Below are positions 12,743 to 22,832 of a DNA stretch of 64,000 nucleotides, one piece after another. Made by a program: the position numbers and the translations under genes. This stretch comes from Octopus bimaculoides (Eukaryota). How positions within the stretch are numbered: position 1 is the first letter of the stretch; each line of letters begins with the position of its first letter. The notes below the pieces were generated by a model. That model made no database searches. It saw nothing but the letters and a program-made list of their open reading frames with translations, and was not told where the DNA came from. The stretch is from contig NC_068983.1 of NCBI RefSeq assembly GCF_001194135.2, positions 73,719,095 to 73,783,094 on the forward strand. The letters run 5' to 3'.

Positions 12743-13133
12743 AGTTGTTGTTGTTAGCACTCCGTCGCTTACGACGTCGAGGGTTCCAGTTGATCCGATC
12801 AACATAACAGCCTGCTCGTGAAATTAACGTGAAAGTGACTGAGCACTCCACAGACACGTGTACCCTTAACGTAGTTCTAGGGGATACTCAGCGTGACACA
12901 GTGTGACAAGGCTGGCCCTTTGAAATACAGGTACAACAGAAACAGGAAGTAAGAGTGAAAGAAAGTTGTGGTGAAAGAGTACAGCAGGGTTCACCACCAT
13001 CCCCTGCCGGAGCCTAGTGGAGCTTTAGGTGTTTTCGCTCAATAAACACTCACAACGCCCGGTCTGGGAATCGAAACCGCGATCCTATGACCGCGAGTCT
13101 GCTGCCCTAACCACTGGGCCATTGCACCTCCAC
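12743..13133 (-). mobile_element. Full-length, young family-C1 SINE with 10-bp TSD
   Basis: tRNA-like head, (CAA)n tail, CpGs retained; TSD TGAGATGATA at 12733-12742 and 13134-13143. Confidence 0.9.
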
Positions 13134-13578
13134 TGAGATGATATGATATACCATAGAATGTACAGTTCAGAAATAAAGCAAAATGCCAACAGCATATTTG
13201 AAACAAAAGCCTATGAGGAGATAGTCCAGTATGTTATCAAACTCCAGCATTTTGTTTCTACTTGATGGAACTGATCAGACGTAAAAGTAATATAATAAAG
13301 TCATGAATTAATAATTATGTATTAAAGATATCTGTGACACATCTTTAATACTATGTTTTCTCCATCAAATTTCAATTAATATTTCAATGATATGTCAGAA
13401 GCATACACTATATCTTTAATATCACCAACACACTCCAATCTTTAACAACAGACAAGATGTCTCCTCCTTTAGTAGCAGTATAAAAGGCCAGTAAGGCAGT
13501 GTGAAGAAATTGTAGACTGTGTCAATGGTATTAGATATTCTAAGGAATACTTTATATTTTAGAAATATACTGTATATA

Positions 13579-13961
13579 GGCGCAGGAGTGGCCTTGTGGT
13601 AAGTAGCTTGCTAACCAACCACATGGTTCCAGGTTCAGTCCCATTGCGTGGCACCTTGGGCAGTGGATTTGGTAGACGGAAACTGAAAGAAGCCCGGTGT
13701 ATATATGTATANNNNNNNNNNNNNNNNNNNATATAAAGCTTCATTTTAAATGGATATATTTGTGTGTGTAAATGTATATATAATATACAAGTTTGTGTGT
13801 ATGTATATATAAATGCATGTATATATATATGTGTGTGTGTGTGTATGTGTGTTTATGTGTCTGTGTTTGTCCCCCCACCATCGCTTGACAACCGATGCTG
13901 GTGTGTTTACGTCCCCGTAACTTAGCGGTTCGGCAAAAGAGACCGATAGAATAAGTACTAG
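13579..13961 (+). mobile_element. Family-A SINE, internally deleted, with a gap in the central microsatellite
   Basis: GGCGCAGGAGTGGC head; tail CGCTTGACAACCGATGCTGG...GAATAAGTACTAG. Confidence 0.85.
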
Positions 13962-14254
13962 TTTTTTCAGGCTCCTGCACATTTTATGTGGAAGAAGGAC
14001 AGGATAAATATCTGGTCCTTCTTCCACTTCAAGAAATCACACCTTGCCTATGTTTTTCCTATAGCTGTCAATGTGCAGCTGTTCTTGAGGAACATCAGCC
14101 ATGTTTATCTCACTGGTCTTGGAGAGCCTGCAAAAGCCACAGGTATAGACCCTCCCACAAAAACAAACCATTACGAAAACACATAAAAAACAGACTTCCA
14201 CTACTTTCAACAAATAAATACACACACATTCCCACAAATATGCACACACACACC

Positions 14255-14285
<31 letters not shown>

Positions 14286-14287
14286 AC

Positions 14288-14734
14288 ATGTGGCTGTGTG
14301 GTTAAAGAGCTTGCTTTCCAGCCATGTGCTCTCAGGTTCAGTCCCACTGCATGACATCTTGGGCAAGTGTCTTCTAATATAGTCCCTAAAGTCTTGTGAG
14401 TGAATTTAATAGATGGAAACTGAAAGAAGCCCATTACGTATGTATTCAAATACATGTGTGTGTGTGTGTGTGTGCCTGTGTGTTTGTTTGTACCCTTGTC
14501 TTGACATTATATTATGGTTGTAAATGAGCGCCCCCATCATACAAGCAATGTTGTTCATTTTCAGTCTTCCATGAAAATTGTGTCTTGCCATGAGGAAATA
14601 TTACCTTGCTTAGAAACAGATGGTGAGAGGAAAGGCATCTGACCTTAAAAAAATCAACAAACTTCACCTGGACCATATAAACATGGAAAAGTAGACTCCA
14701 AAATGACAACGATCAAGATAACGATGACAATGAC
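14288..14734 (+). mobile_element. SINE family A'
   Basis: A-type 5' half, (TG)n, tail CCTTGTCTTGACAT...GAAAGGCATC...CATGGAAAAGTAGAC ending in GAT/GAC repeats. Confidence 0.75.
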
Positions 14735-15156
14735 TTAATATATAAACTTCATTATATTTAAACAGTATTTTATTATTCTTGAAAAACTTGGTTTTATTGA
14801 TGAAGTGGAAACAGCTGTAATTTATAACATGAATTGAATTTATCATTTAATGATTAAATTATCTAATTATTCAATTTGTTGAAATATGGGAGTAGGAAAA
14901 CAGCCAACAACTGATGAAGGGTCGTTCTTTGTGTTGTTTGTCTTGTTTTCCATTTGTGTCTTTCGTTGTTAAAAAAAATAGTTCATATTCCATGTACTCG
15001 TACTTCGTATTTTTTGTTGTACATGTTTCGTGATGTCCAGTGCCCACATATGCATATATATATACATATAGATGTAAATATGTACATATGCGTATGTATA
15101 TATGCATATATATATATATATCTATAAATAATATGCGACAATTATTCAGTAGCCAT

Positions 15157-15217
15157 GATAAAACTCTGAGTTTTGGATGTCAGGGCAGAAACCCACACCG
15201 CCATCTCTTCAGTTATC
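15157..15217 (-). ncRNA. Hammerhead motif copy with mutated core (GAAA>AAAA)
   Basis: Same fold as 15539-15599; CGAAA changed to CAAAA, a CpG-type transition. Confidence 0.65.
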
Positions 15218-15538
15218 TGGCCATCGAAAAAATGCTATCTGTAATTTTCTCCAAAAGTTTCTTAAAGTATAGTTCCCTTGATGGTATAGGTATGCTTTTC
15301 ATAGAATAATCGATGTAGTAGGCATCCATATTGAATTCTTCTGCGGGACAGAGTTCTCAACTGATTTCTGGCGATTTTCCAAAATAAGCTTTATAAGCCC
15401 TTACGGAAAAATAGCAGTGTATAGGAGGTAACTTATTGATAGAAAAGGTAAGACAACAAAAGAAAGAAAGAGATCTTGATATTATGTAAATAGAGGAATT
15501 TATCTGTAAATAATAGGTGACAATTATTTAGTAGCCAT

Positions 15539-15599
15539 GATAAAACTCCGAGTTTCGGATGTCGGGGCGGAAACTCACACTGCCATCTCTTCAGTTATC
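15539..15599 (-). ncRNA. Type I hammerhead ribozyme motif with intact core
   Basis: 5'-GAUAA CUGAAGA GAUG(GCAG..CCGC CCCGA)CAUC C GAAA CUC G GAG UU/UUAUC-3'. Helix I GAUAA:UUAUC, helix III ACUC:GAGU with a 1-nt loop; predicted cleavage between 15544 and 15543. Confidence 0.8.
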
Positions 15600-15899
15600 T
15601 GGCCATCAAAAAAAGGCTATCCTCTATTTACATAATATTGAGGTCTCTTTCTTTCTTTTGTGGTCTTACCTTTTCTATCAATAAGTTACTTCCCGTAAAC
15701 CGCTATTTTTCCGTAAGGGCTAATACAGCTTATTTTGGAAAATTACCAGAAATCGGTTGAGGACTCTGCCCTGCAGAAGAATTCAATATGTACGCTTACT
15801 ACATCGATTATTCTATGAAAAGTATACCTATACCATCAAGGGAACTATACTCTAAGAAACTTTTGGAGAAAATTACAGATAGCATTTTTTCGATGGCCG

Positions 15900-15960
15900 G
15901 ATAACTGAAGAGCTGACGGTGTGAGTTTCCACCCCAATATCCAAAACTCGGAGTTTTATC
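15900..15960 (+). ncRNA. Hammerhead motif copy with mutated core in the inverted arm
   Basis: GATAA CTGAAGA ... CCAAAA CTCGGAG TT TTATC; helix II degraded. Confidence 0.6.
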
Positions 15961-16136
15961 ATAGCTGCCGAATAATTGTCACATATTATTTACAGATAAA
16001 TTCCTCTATTTACATAATATCGAGGTCACTTTCTTTCTTTTGTTGTCTTACCTTTTCTATCAATATATATATATATATTTATGATTTAACCACTGATGTA
16101 TATATATATATATATATATACATATATACACATATA

Positions 16137-16380
16137 TATATCATCGTCATCATCATCATCATCATCATCCTTTAATGTCCATTTTCCGTGCTGGCATGGG
16201 ATGGACGGTTTGACCAGAGCTGCACCAGGTTCCAGTCTGATTTAGCCTGGTTTCTACAGTTTGATGCCCTTCTAATGCCAACCACTTTACAGTGTGTACT
16301 GAGTGCTTTTAACATATCACCAATAGAGTGCTTTTATGTGGCACCAGCATAAACGCTTTTTACATGGCACTAGCACAGGA
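16137..16380 (-). mobile_element. Family-D repeat (RTE-type 3' tail with (GAT)n)
   Basis: Reverse complement contains GGTTGGCATTAGAAGGGCATC..CCATGCCAGCACGGAAAATGGACATTAAAG(GAT)n. Confidence 0.7.
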
Positions 16381-16489
16381 CACTTGTAGGCCAGTCCTCC
16401 TCCCCAGAGGAGTGGCGTTAACACTTCTACTATGGAGGACTTGTCTTCTTGTGCGTATTTATTTGTATTTACATATATGTATAGAAGGA

Positions 16490-16810
16490 GGAGGGCCGTC
16501 TTTGGTCATAAATGACCATGGGATTGTACCTGAAAGTTCCCCTCTGAAGCACAAGTCTGGGCAAGGTTATTTATGGAGGGCCAGCAGTTGCCCGTGTATA
16601 CCAGTCTCTCCTCTCCATGCCCCCGATGTCTCTCAGGGGAAAGGCAAAGGCTGATACAGCTTGGCACTAGTGACATCGCAACTCATTTCTACAGCTGAGA
16701 GAACTGGAGCAATGTGAAATAAAGTGTCTTGCTCAAGAATACAACAGAGAGCTCGGTTCAGGAATCAAACTCATCACCTCATGATTGTGAGCTCAATGCT
16801 TTAACCACTG
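16490..16810 (-). mobile_element. SINE with C-type head + CORE-like block + a third tail (C3)
   Basis: Reverse complement CAGTGGTTAAAGC..GAGTTTGATTCC..TTCTTGAGCAAGACACTTTATTTCACATTGCTCCAG..AAATGAGT, then a tail not shared with C1/C2. Confidence 0.7.
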
Positions 16811-17004
16811 ATATATATATGTATGTATGTATTATGTATGTATGTATGTATGTAGGTATGTATGTATGTATGTATGTATGTATGTATGTATTTATGGATG
16901 TATGTATGTATGTGTGTGTATATGTATGTATATGTCAAACTAGAAGGGAATAAAGAAAAAACACTAATTTTATGTCTCAAGATATTCATAGATATGTATG
17001 CATA

Positions 17005-17386
17005 GGCACAGGTGCGGCTGCATGGTAAGAAGCTTGCTTCCCAACCACATGGTTCCAGGTTCAGTCCCACTGTGTGGCACCTTTGGCAAGTGTCTTCTAG
17101 TATAGCCTCGGGCTGACCAAAGCCTTGTGAGTGGATTTGATAAACGGAAACTGAAAGAATCCTATTGTGCATGTATACACACGCACACACACACACACAC
17201 ACACACATATGTATTTATGTGTGTGTCTTTGTGCCTGTGTTTGTCCACCCCCACCATAACTTGACAACCAATGTTGGTGTGTTTATGTCCCCATAACTTA
17301 GCAGTTCAGCAAAAGAGACTGATTTCTTTGACTAAAGGTGGTGCTCCAGCATGGCTGCAGTTAAATGACTGAAATGTGTAAAAGAG
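17005..17386 (+). mobile_element. Family-A SINE
   Basis: Head, CORE-like block, (CA)/(TG) centre, tail. Confidence 0.85.
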
Positions 17387-17956
17387 CATATATATGTGTG
17401 TAAGAGTAAATACCTTGTCATTGTCATCATTCTCATCGTTCTCTTTTTACATCAATAGATTTTCTTGCTTGGTCTAGCAATAGCATTTCTTGTATTTTAT
17501 TACCTTTCCATTGCAAATTTTTCTGTTGTTGTTCAGATGTTAGCATAAGCTGAAATCAGACCCAAAATCAATTCTCTCCTTGGTTACTGCACAAATTAGT
17601 AAGGTCAGATTTATCTTAGTCAACTTTGATTTACCTGGTATTTCCTGGCCTCTTATCTTTTATATGGCATTTATTATTTTCATTATTTTTTTCTTTTGAT
17701 TATCAAGGGTTTATTGTCTAGTCTCAGTATGGCTGAATGGTTAAGTAATTCACTTTGAAACCCCAAGATCTTGGGTTCAATCTCAGCCTGTGATATTTTG
17801 GGCAAAAGCTATTTTCTCAAACTTGGGTCAATTAATATCTTGTGAGTGAAATTAGGAAGACACAGATTATATAGAAGACTCTCAGGTAGCTTGCACCTGA
17901 ATTTAAAAATATACAATGTTGTCACATCTGTGCCATGCTGATTTGGATGGAGAACT

Positions 17957-18320
17957 ATTCTTTTACTCTTTTACTCTTTTACTTGTTTCAGTCATTTGAC
18001 TGCGGCCATGCTGGAGTACTGCCTTTTAGTCGAGCAAATCGACCCCGGGACTTATTCTTTGTAAGCCTAGTACTTATTCTATCGGTTTCTTTTGCCGAAC
18101 CGCTAAGTGACGGGGACATAAACACACCAGCATCGGTTGTCAAGCAATGCTAGGGGGACAAACACAGACACACAAACACAGACACACATATATATATACA
18201 TATATACGACGGGCTTCTCTCAGTTTCCATCTACCATTTGCCCAAGATGCCACGCAGTGGGACTGAACCCGGAACTATGTGGTTGGTGAGCAAGCTACTT
18301 ACCACACAGCCACTCCTGCA
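17957..18320 (-). mobile_element. Family-A SINE, internally deleted
   Basis: TTTTACTCTTTTACTTGTTTCAGTC tail end; head ends ACCACACAGCCACTCCTGC. Confidence 0.85.
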
Positions 18321-18699
18321 TCTATGTTTACCTTTTTATTGGAGGAAGCAGATATATCTGCTCAAAATTTCATTACCTTTGGCTGTGGAAAGCAGTCTTA
18401 TATTCCAATATACTTTTTGTTGCAGAATGTCTTATTTGAAAATGTTTTCTGTTGAAATATGTCTAACCCTTTCATTACCATATTTTTCTACTTTAGTTTC
18501 AATAAATTTCGAAAATAATGAAGAATTATAGGTGCAGGCATGGCTGTGTAGTTTCTTAACCACATAGTGCCAGGTTCAGTTCCACTACATGGCACATTGG
18601 GCAAGTGTCTTCTGTTATAGCCTCAAGCTAACCAAAGCCTTGTCTATGAAGCTGTAACAGCAGCAGCAATGAAATGGCACACATGCACGCATGCTCTCT

Positions 18700-18990
18700 C
18701 TCTCTCACACAGAAATATGTTGCAGCAAGGGGAAATGTTACAACATTAGCCAGCTATGTATGCCAATTAAAAGAAAAGGGAATGCCATACAAAATTAAAT
18801 GGCAGCTGTTAGAACAGCCCGGGCCATATTTCAACAGAAGCAGATGGCGCAAACTTTACTTAGCCAAGAGGACAATAAACCTAAAACATTCACACAATAT
18901 GAATACCTTCTTGAATTAAAAAATAAGAAATTTTTAGCTGATGCCTTCATGAAAGAAAATTTATTTTCAAAATGTGGCCTTCTATGTTTT
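18700..18990 (+). pseudogene. Penelope-like element GIY-YIG endonuclease C-terminal fragment
   Basis: TTLASYVCQLKEKGMPYKIKWQLLEQPGPY..RKLYLAK..FLN*K*EIFS*CLHERKF resembles the T.LS.Y.W.LK....Y.IKW.IL..A..Y...C.LCL.EK..LNKRSE...CRH..K pattern of PLE EN C-termini. Confidence 0.65.
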
Positions 18991-19566
18991 CAGACTAGAG
19001 AACAGAAAAAATATATGCTGACTAACTCATTTTAGCCACAGCTGGAATCGTACAAGGGAAAGTAACTCTTCTTAACATCTCAGAAAGGTTTCTTTTTGTT
19101 TTGGATTTTTTCACCACTAAACTGACCAAGACTGTATATTTACCTCCATTAGTAAGGAAACTATGTGCTTTTGGCCAGGAGGTCTGGTGAGCTGCTTATA
19201 TTGCTAAGTGTAATAGTATATGAGAAACCAATGATATCTTTCTCACCAGTTATGTTCCATAATCAAGGATATACTACTTGAGTACATAACATTTATATAT
19301 ATCTATAATTTAGGACAATCAGTAAGTTGTCATAATTGTACTCGGAGTTTCAAATGCCAGAGCATATGTTTGTGTGTATGGGCATGTACATATACATGTT
19401 TGTGTGAGTGTGTATGTATGTAGACATTATGAATGCAGGAGGTTTTATGTCTATGCATTGTGAGAATATGGTTGCATGTATTTTTTATCTTTTATATTTT
19501 TTCCTACCTATTAGAGTAGCTTCCCTTTTATTCAACGTTTTTTTTTTTTATAGCGTCTATTGCCAT

Positions 19567-19629
19567 TAATAGCCAATGAGAATGCATCATAGTTCTTAGC
19601 TTTGGCATTTGAAACACCGAGTACTATTA
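19567..19629 (+). ncRNA. Degenerate type I hammerhead motif
   Basis: TAATAG CCAATGA GAATGC..GCATTT GAAA CACCGAG TA CTATTA. Helices I (6 bp) and II (6 bp) pair, but the core reads CCAAUGA instead of CUGAUGA. Confidence 0.55.
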
Positions 19630-19721
19630 TGACAACTTACTGATTATCCTAAACTATACATATATAAATATCCTCTATTTACTTAATACTGAGGTCTCAT
19701 TCTTTTGTTGTCACTTTTTTA

Positions 19722-19870
<149 letters not shown>

Positions 19871-19872
19871 AT

Positions 19873-20672
19873 GTCCAAATTGAGGGAGTGGGACAGGTGT
19901 AATCCATGCTACATATGTTTCCTAGCTAGCTGACCCTCTGAAGTAATAATTACTCAATGAGAGGTACTCAGTTAGCTACTCACGAGACTGAAGGTTACAT
20001 TGTCATTTGTGAATCCCAAGTTACTGTATATACTTGGCTATCAGTCACACTTTTTTTCCTTGAAATTTTCGCCTAAAGTTGGGGGTGTGACTTATAAGTG
20101 CATCCTATAAAAAAAATCTTCAGATATTTTCTAGGTAGAAGCCATGTCTGAAGTTCCAGCACTTGGAATAACCAAAAAGGATAAAATTTTACGTTATAAA
20201 TAACGGTTTCTAAAATGCATGAACTTAATGGGATAACAGTTGTTGTAAGTCATCTTCAGCTTACTGAAAGCTTGTTTACTAAACAACAACTATGTTGGCG
20301 TGATTCCTAATTGAACTTTGCTCTCCAGCATCAAAAAAATCGCTGTGACTTATAGTTGGGTCAATGATAAAAATCCGATTTGAATCTTGTAAGTCGGGGG
20401 CGTCTTATAGGCGAGGGTGTTTTATAGTTGAGTATATACGGTAACTCACCAAAGATGTAATTTAAAATTTAAAATTACATCTTTGTAATTTGAATTTATG
20501 TAATTTGAAAAATTACACCTTTGTAATGTAACCTTCATATGACTAAGATATCTTCAGCCTGATAAATACGTAGCTGAGTACCCCTCTTTAAGTAATTATT
20601 ACATCAAAGGATCTGCTACCTAGGAAATATGTGTAACCTGGATTTTACCTGTTCCACTCTCTCATTTTGGAC
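19873..20672. mobile_element. Old foldback/MITE with ~140-bp imperfect TIRs
   Basis: GTCCAAATTGAGGGAGTGGGACAGG...AAGGTTACATT at the left is the reverse complement of AATGTAACCTT...CCTGTTCCACTCTCTCATTTTGGAC at the right. Confidence 0.7.
20024..20441. mobile_element. pogo/Tigger-type MITE with TA TSD, nested in the foldback element
   Basis: TA|CTGTATATACTTGGCTAT ... ATAGTTGAGTATATACGG|TA. Confidence 0.75.
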
Positions 20673-20920
20673 TTTTATTTGCATTCATAGCACCTCTAGT
20701 TGCTTACTGTGAGCTATATAAACATTTTCTTCAGCTTATTGAACTTCAATATGAGAAAAGCCAATAACCTTTGATGCCAGTAAATAATTATTGTTCCTGA
20801 ATGTTTCTTTTTATACATACCACAGACTGCTTGAAGCTTACAAACTTCCTACATTTAGATCCTTTCATCTTACAATCACTCCCCCCCCCCACACACATAC
20901 AGGCATGCATGGAAAAAGGC

Positions 20921-20922
<2 letters not shown>

Positions 20923-20968
<46 letters not shown>

Positions 20969-21037
20969 ATCTATCTATCTATCCATCTATCTATCTATCT
21001 ATCTACCTACCTACTTGTCTGTCTGTCTATCTGTATA

Positions 21038-21073
<36 letters not shown>

Positions 21074-21082
21074 TCTATCTAT
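20923..21082 (+). repeat. (CTAT)n/(CTGT)n tetranucleotide tract
   Basis: Direct reading of the sequence. Confidence 0.9.
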
Positions 21083-21774
21083 ATGTATATGATGGGGTAT
21101 GCATCTGTGTGTATGTGTGATTTCATATGTTTCTAAGAGTTTTGCTATATTTCTATATCCACCTCTTTTATTTATTCTACTATTTAGATTGTAATTTTTA
21201 CTTTGTTCTCCTTTTACCTATGATATTTTATGACTCTATAAATGCTATCTAATTCTGTTTCCAATACTTTGATAGATTAATGGTACAACCTTTTCAATAT
21301 AAGTAGTTTTAAAGCGCTTTTTATGTAACCCTTTATACTGAAAACAGACTATGTATCTGCCATTTATCACAATATCTCTCTTAAAACCACTGGACAACTA
21401 TAAATATCTATCATTATACACAGTTTCTCACTTTCCATAACACTTGTGATGAAATGAGGTGCAATGGAAAATTACATAAAAGTAATTTTATGCACTCATT
21501 ATGTAATTATCACTGAAACACATGTAAAGATGTCATAAGTAAATAATTTCATTTTGTATTCTTCTGTTTGTACTATTATACATACATACATTTTAGGATA
21601 AACACTTGTGTACTGAGGGTGTTGCTGTACTCCATCTCCGACTGCAAGACTTGATGTCTCATAAGTCAGTGAAGCAGCTCCGTAGCTGTTTTGGCCTCTT
21701 CCATCACAAGACTCACCCACTGGTGTAGGTAACGGTAAGAGATTGTGACTCTTGGCCAGATGTTTCTACCATCC

Positions 21775-21963
21775 GCATTGTTCAGTTCTATATTTAAGAG
21801 ATGAGGAATTATGTACATTATTTACATTATTTACATTTGATGGATATTTGTCTTCATCTTGTTTGTTGTTAACACAACGTTTCAGCTGATATAACCTCCA
21901 GCCTTCATCAGATGTCTTGGAGAAATTTCAAACCTGGATTCTCATCCCTAAGGTATTTTTCGA

Positions 21964-22004
<41 letters not shown>

Positions 22005-22080
22005 GTCAGGTCACTGCCTGGAATCGAACTCAGAATCTTGGGGTTAGTAGCTCGCGCTCTTAACCACTACGCCATATGCC
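21775..22080 (-). mobile_element. tRNA-headed SINE-like element (family E) with internal (TAA)n and an HHR-bearing 3' module
   Basis: Head GGCATATGGCGTAGTGGTTAAG...GAGTTCGATTCCAGGC (A/B boxes), (TAA)n at ~21966-22004, then ~190 bp containing an HHR. Confidence 0.7.
21871..21916 (-). ncRNA. Minimal type I hammerhead ribozyme motif (palindromic ACGU helix III)
   Basis: GACAU CUGAUGA A GGCUG gagguuauau CAGCU GAA ACGU U/GUGUU; all core nucleotides present. Confidence 0.75.
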
Positions 22081-22563
22081 TTTCTTGCTGCACTTCTTGT
22101 CTTCTCTCTTTCGAGTCAAATATAATGGCTAGCTTTCTCATTCATCCATCCATCCATCCATCCATCCATCCATCCATACATACATACATACATAGAAACT
22201 GATGTGGATTCTCCAAATCCAATCTATTAGTGGCACAGTGAAGAATTGTAAGACATTCCAAAAATTCTCCACCTGAGATTCTTTTATGAATAGATGCATA
22301 CACTTGGGTGTATACATCAACAGTTCAACCAGCATGCTAACTCAATCACATATTTACAAACACCAGGAACTCTCTGAACTCAAAAAGTCTTGTTGCTTTG
22401 TTAGCAACTCGCTTGAACTCTCTCAAGAACTTAAATTAAACTCAACGAAAAATCATACGTACATACATACATACGTATGTACATATGTACATATATGTAT
22501 ATACATACATATATACATATATACATATGTACATATATATGTGTGTGTGTAATAGTTAATTTT

Positions 22564-22832
22564 AGTGCCCCTGGACTGGCTCTTGTGCGGGTGGCACATA
22601 AAATACACCATTTTGAGCGTGGCCGTTGCCAGTACCGCCTGACTGGCCTTCGTGCTGGTGGCACGTAAAAGCACCTACACTCTCTGAGTGGTTGGCGTTA
22701 GGAAGGGCATCCAGCTGTAGAAACTCTGCCAAATCAGATTGGAGCCTGGTGTAGCCATCTGGTTTCACCAGTCCTCAGTCAAATCGTCCAACCCATGCTA
22801 GCATGGAAAGCGGACGTTAAACGATGATGATG
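22564..22832 (+). mobile_element. Family-D repeat (RTE-type tail)
   Basis: Duplicated GGTGGCAC(A/G)TAAAA motif, GGAAGGGCATCCAGCTGTAGAAACTC, CCCATGCTAGCATGGAAAGCGGACGTTAAAC(GAT)n. Confidence 0.85.

Larger units (their letters stand above)
15119..16065. mobile_element. Retrozyme-like element: 382-bp non-coding monomer in partial tandem plus inverted partial tandem, flanked by (TA)n
   Basis: Period of 382 measured twice (GATAAAACT at 15157 and 15539; CCTCTATTTAC at 15621 and 16003). 15621-16065 is the reverse complement of the left arm. Each monomer carries an HHR motif. Confidence 0.85.

Noticed and set aside
14790-14830. TTGATGA AGTG GAAAC AGCT GTA as a hammerhead
   Set aside because: Only 4 nt between the core halves (no helix II) and helix I does not pair.
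14870-15040. CTGATGAAGG motif (14911-14920) as a hammerhead
   Set aside because: No helix II plus GAAA downstream; the upstream GAAA does not give a foldable type II arrangement. Treated as an unclassified terminal-repeat-like fragment, with a related piece at 33840-33925.
19185-19250. CTGGTGA...GAAAC after the PLE EN fragment; similar weak hits at 22197-22235, 33340-33380, 38705-38730 and 39200-39235
   Set aside because: Two or more core or helix defects each; not distinguishable from chance without homologues.
22010-22080. SINE heads (also 1-62, 41303-41375, 53729-53815) as real tRNA genes
   Set aside because: A/B boxes are present but acceptor stems do not close and each runs into a SINE body.
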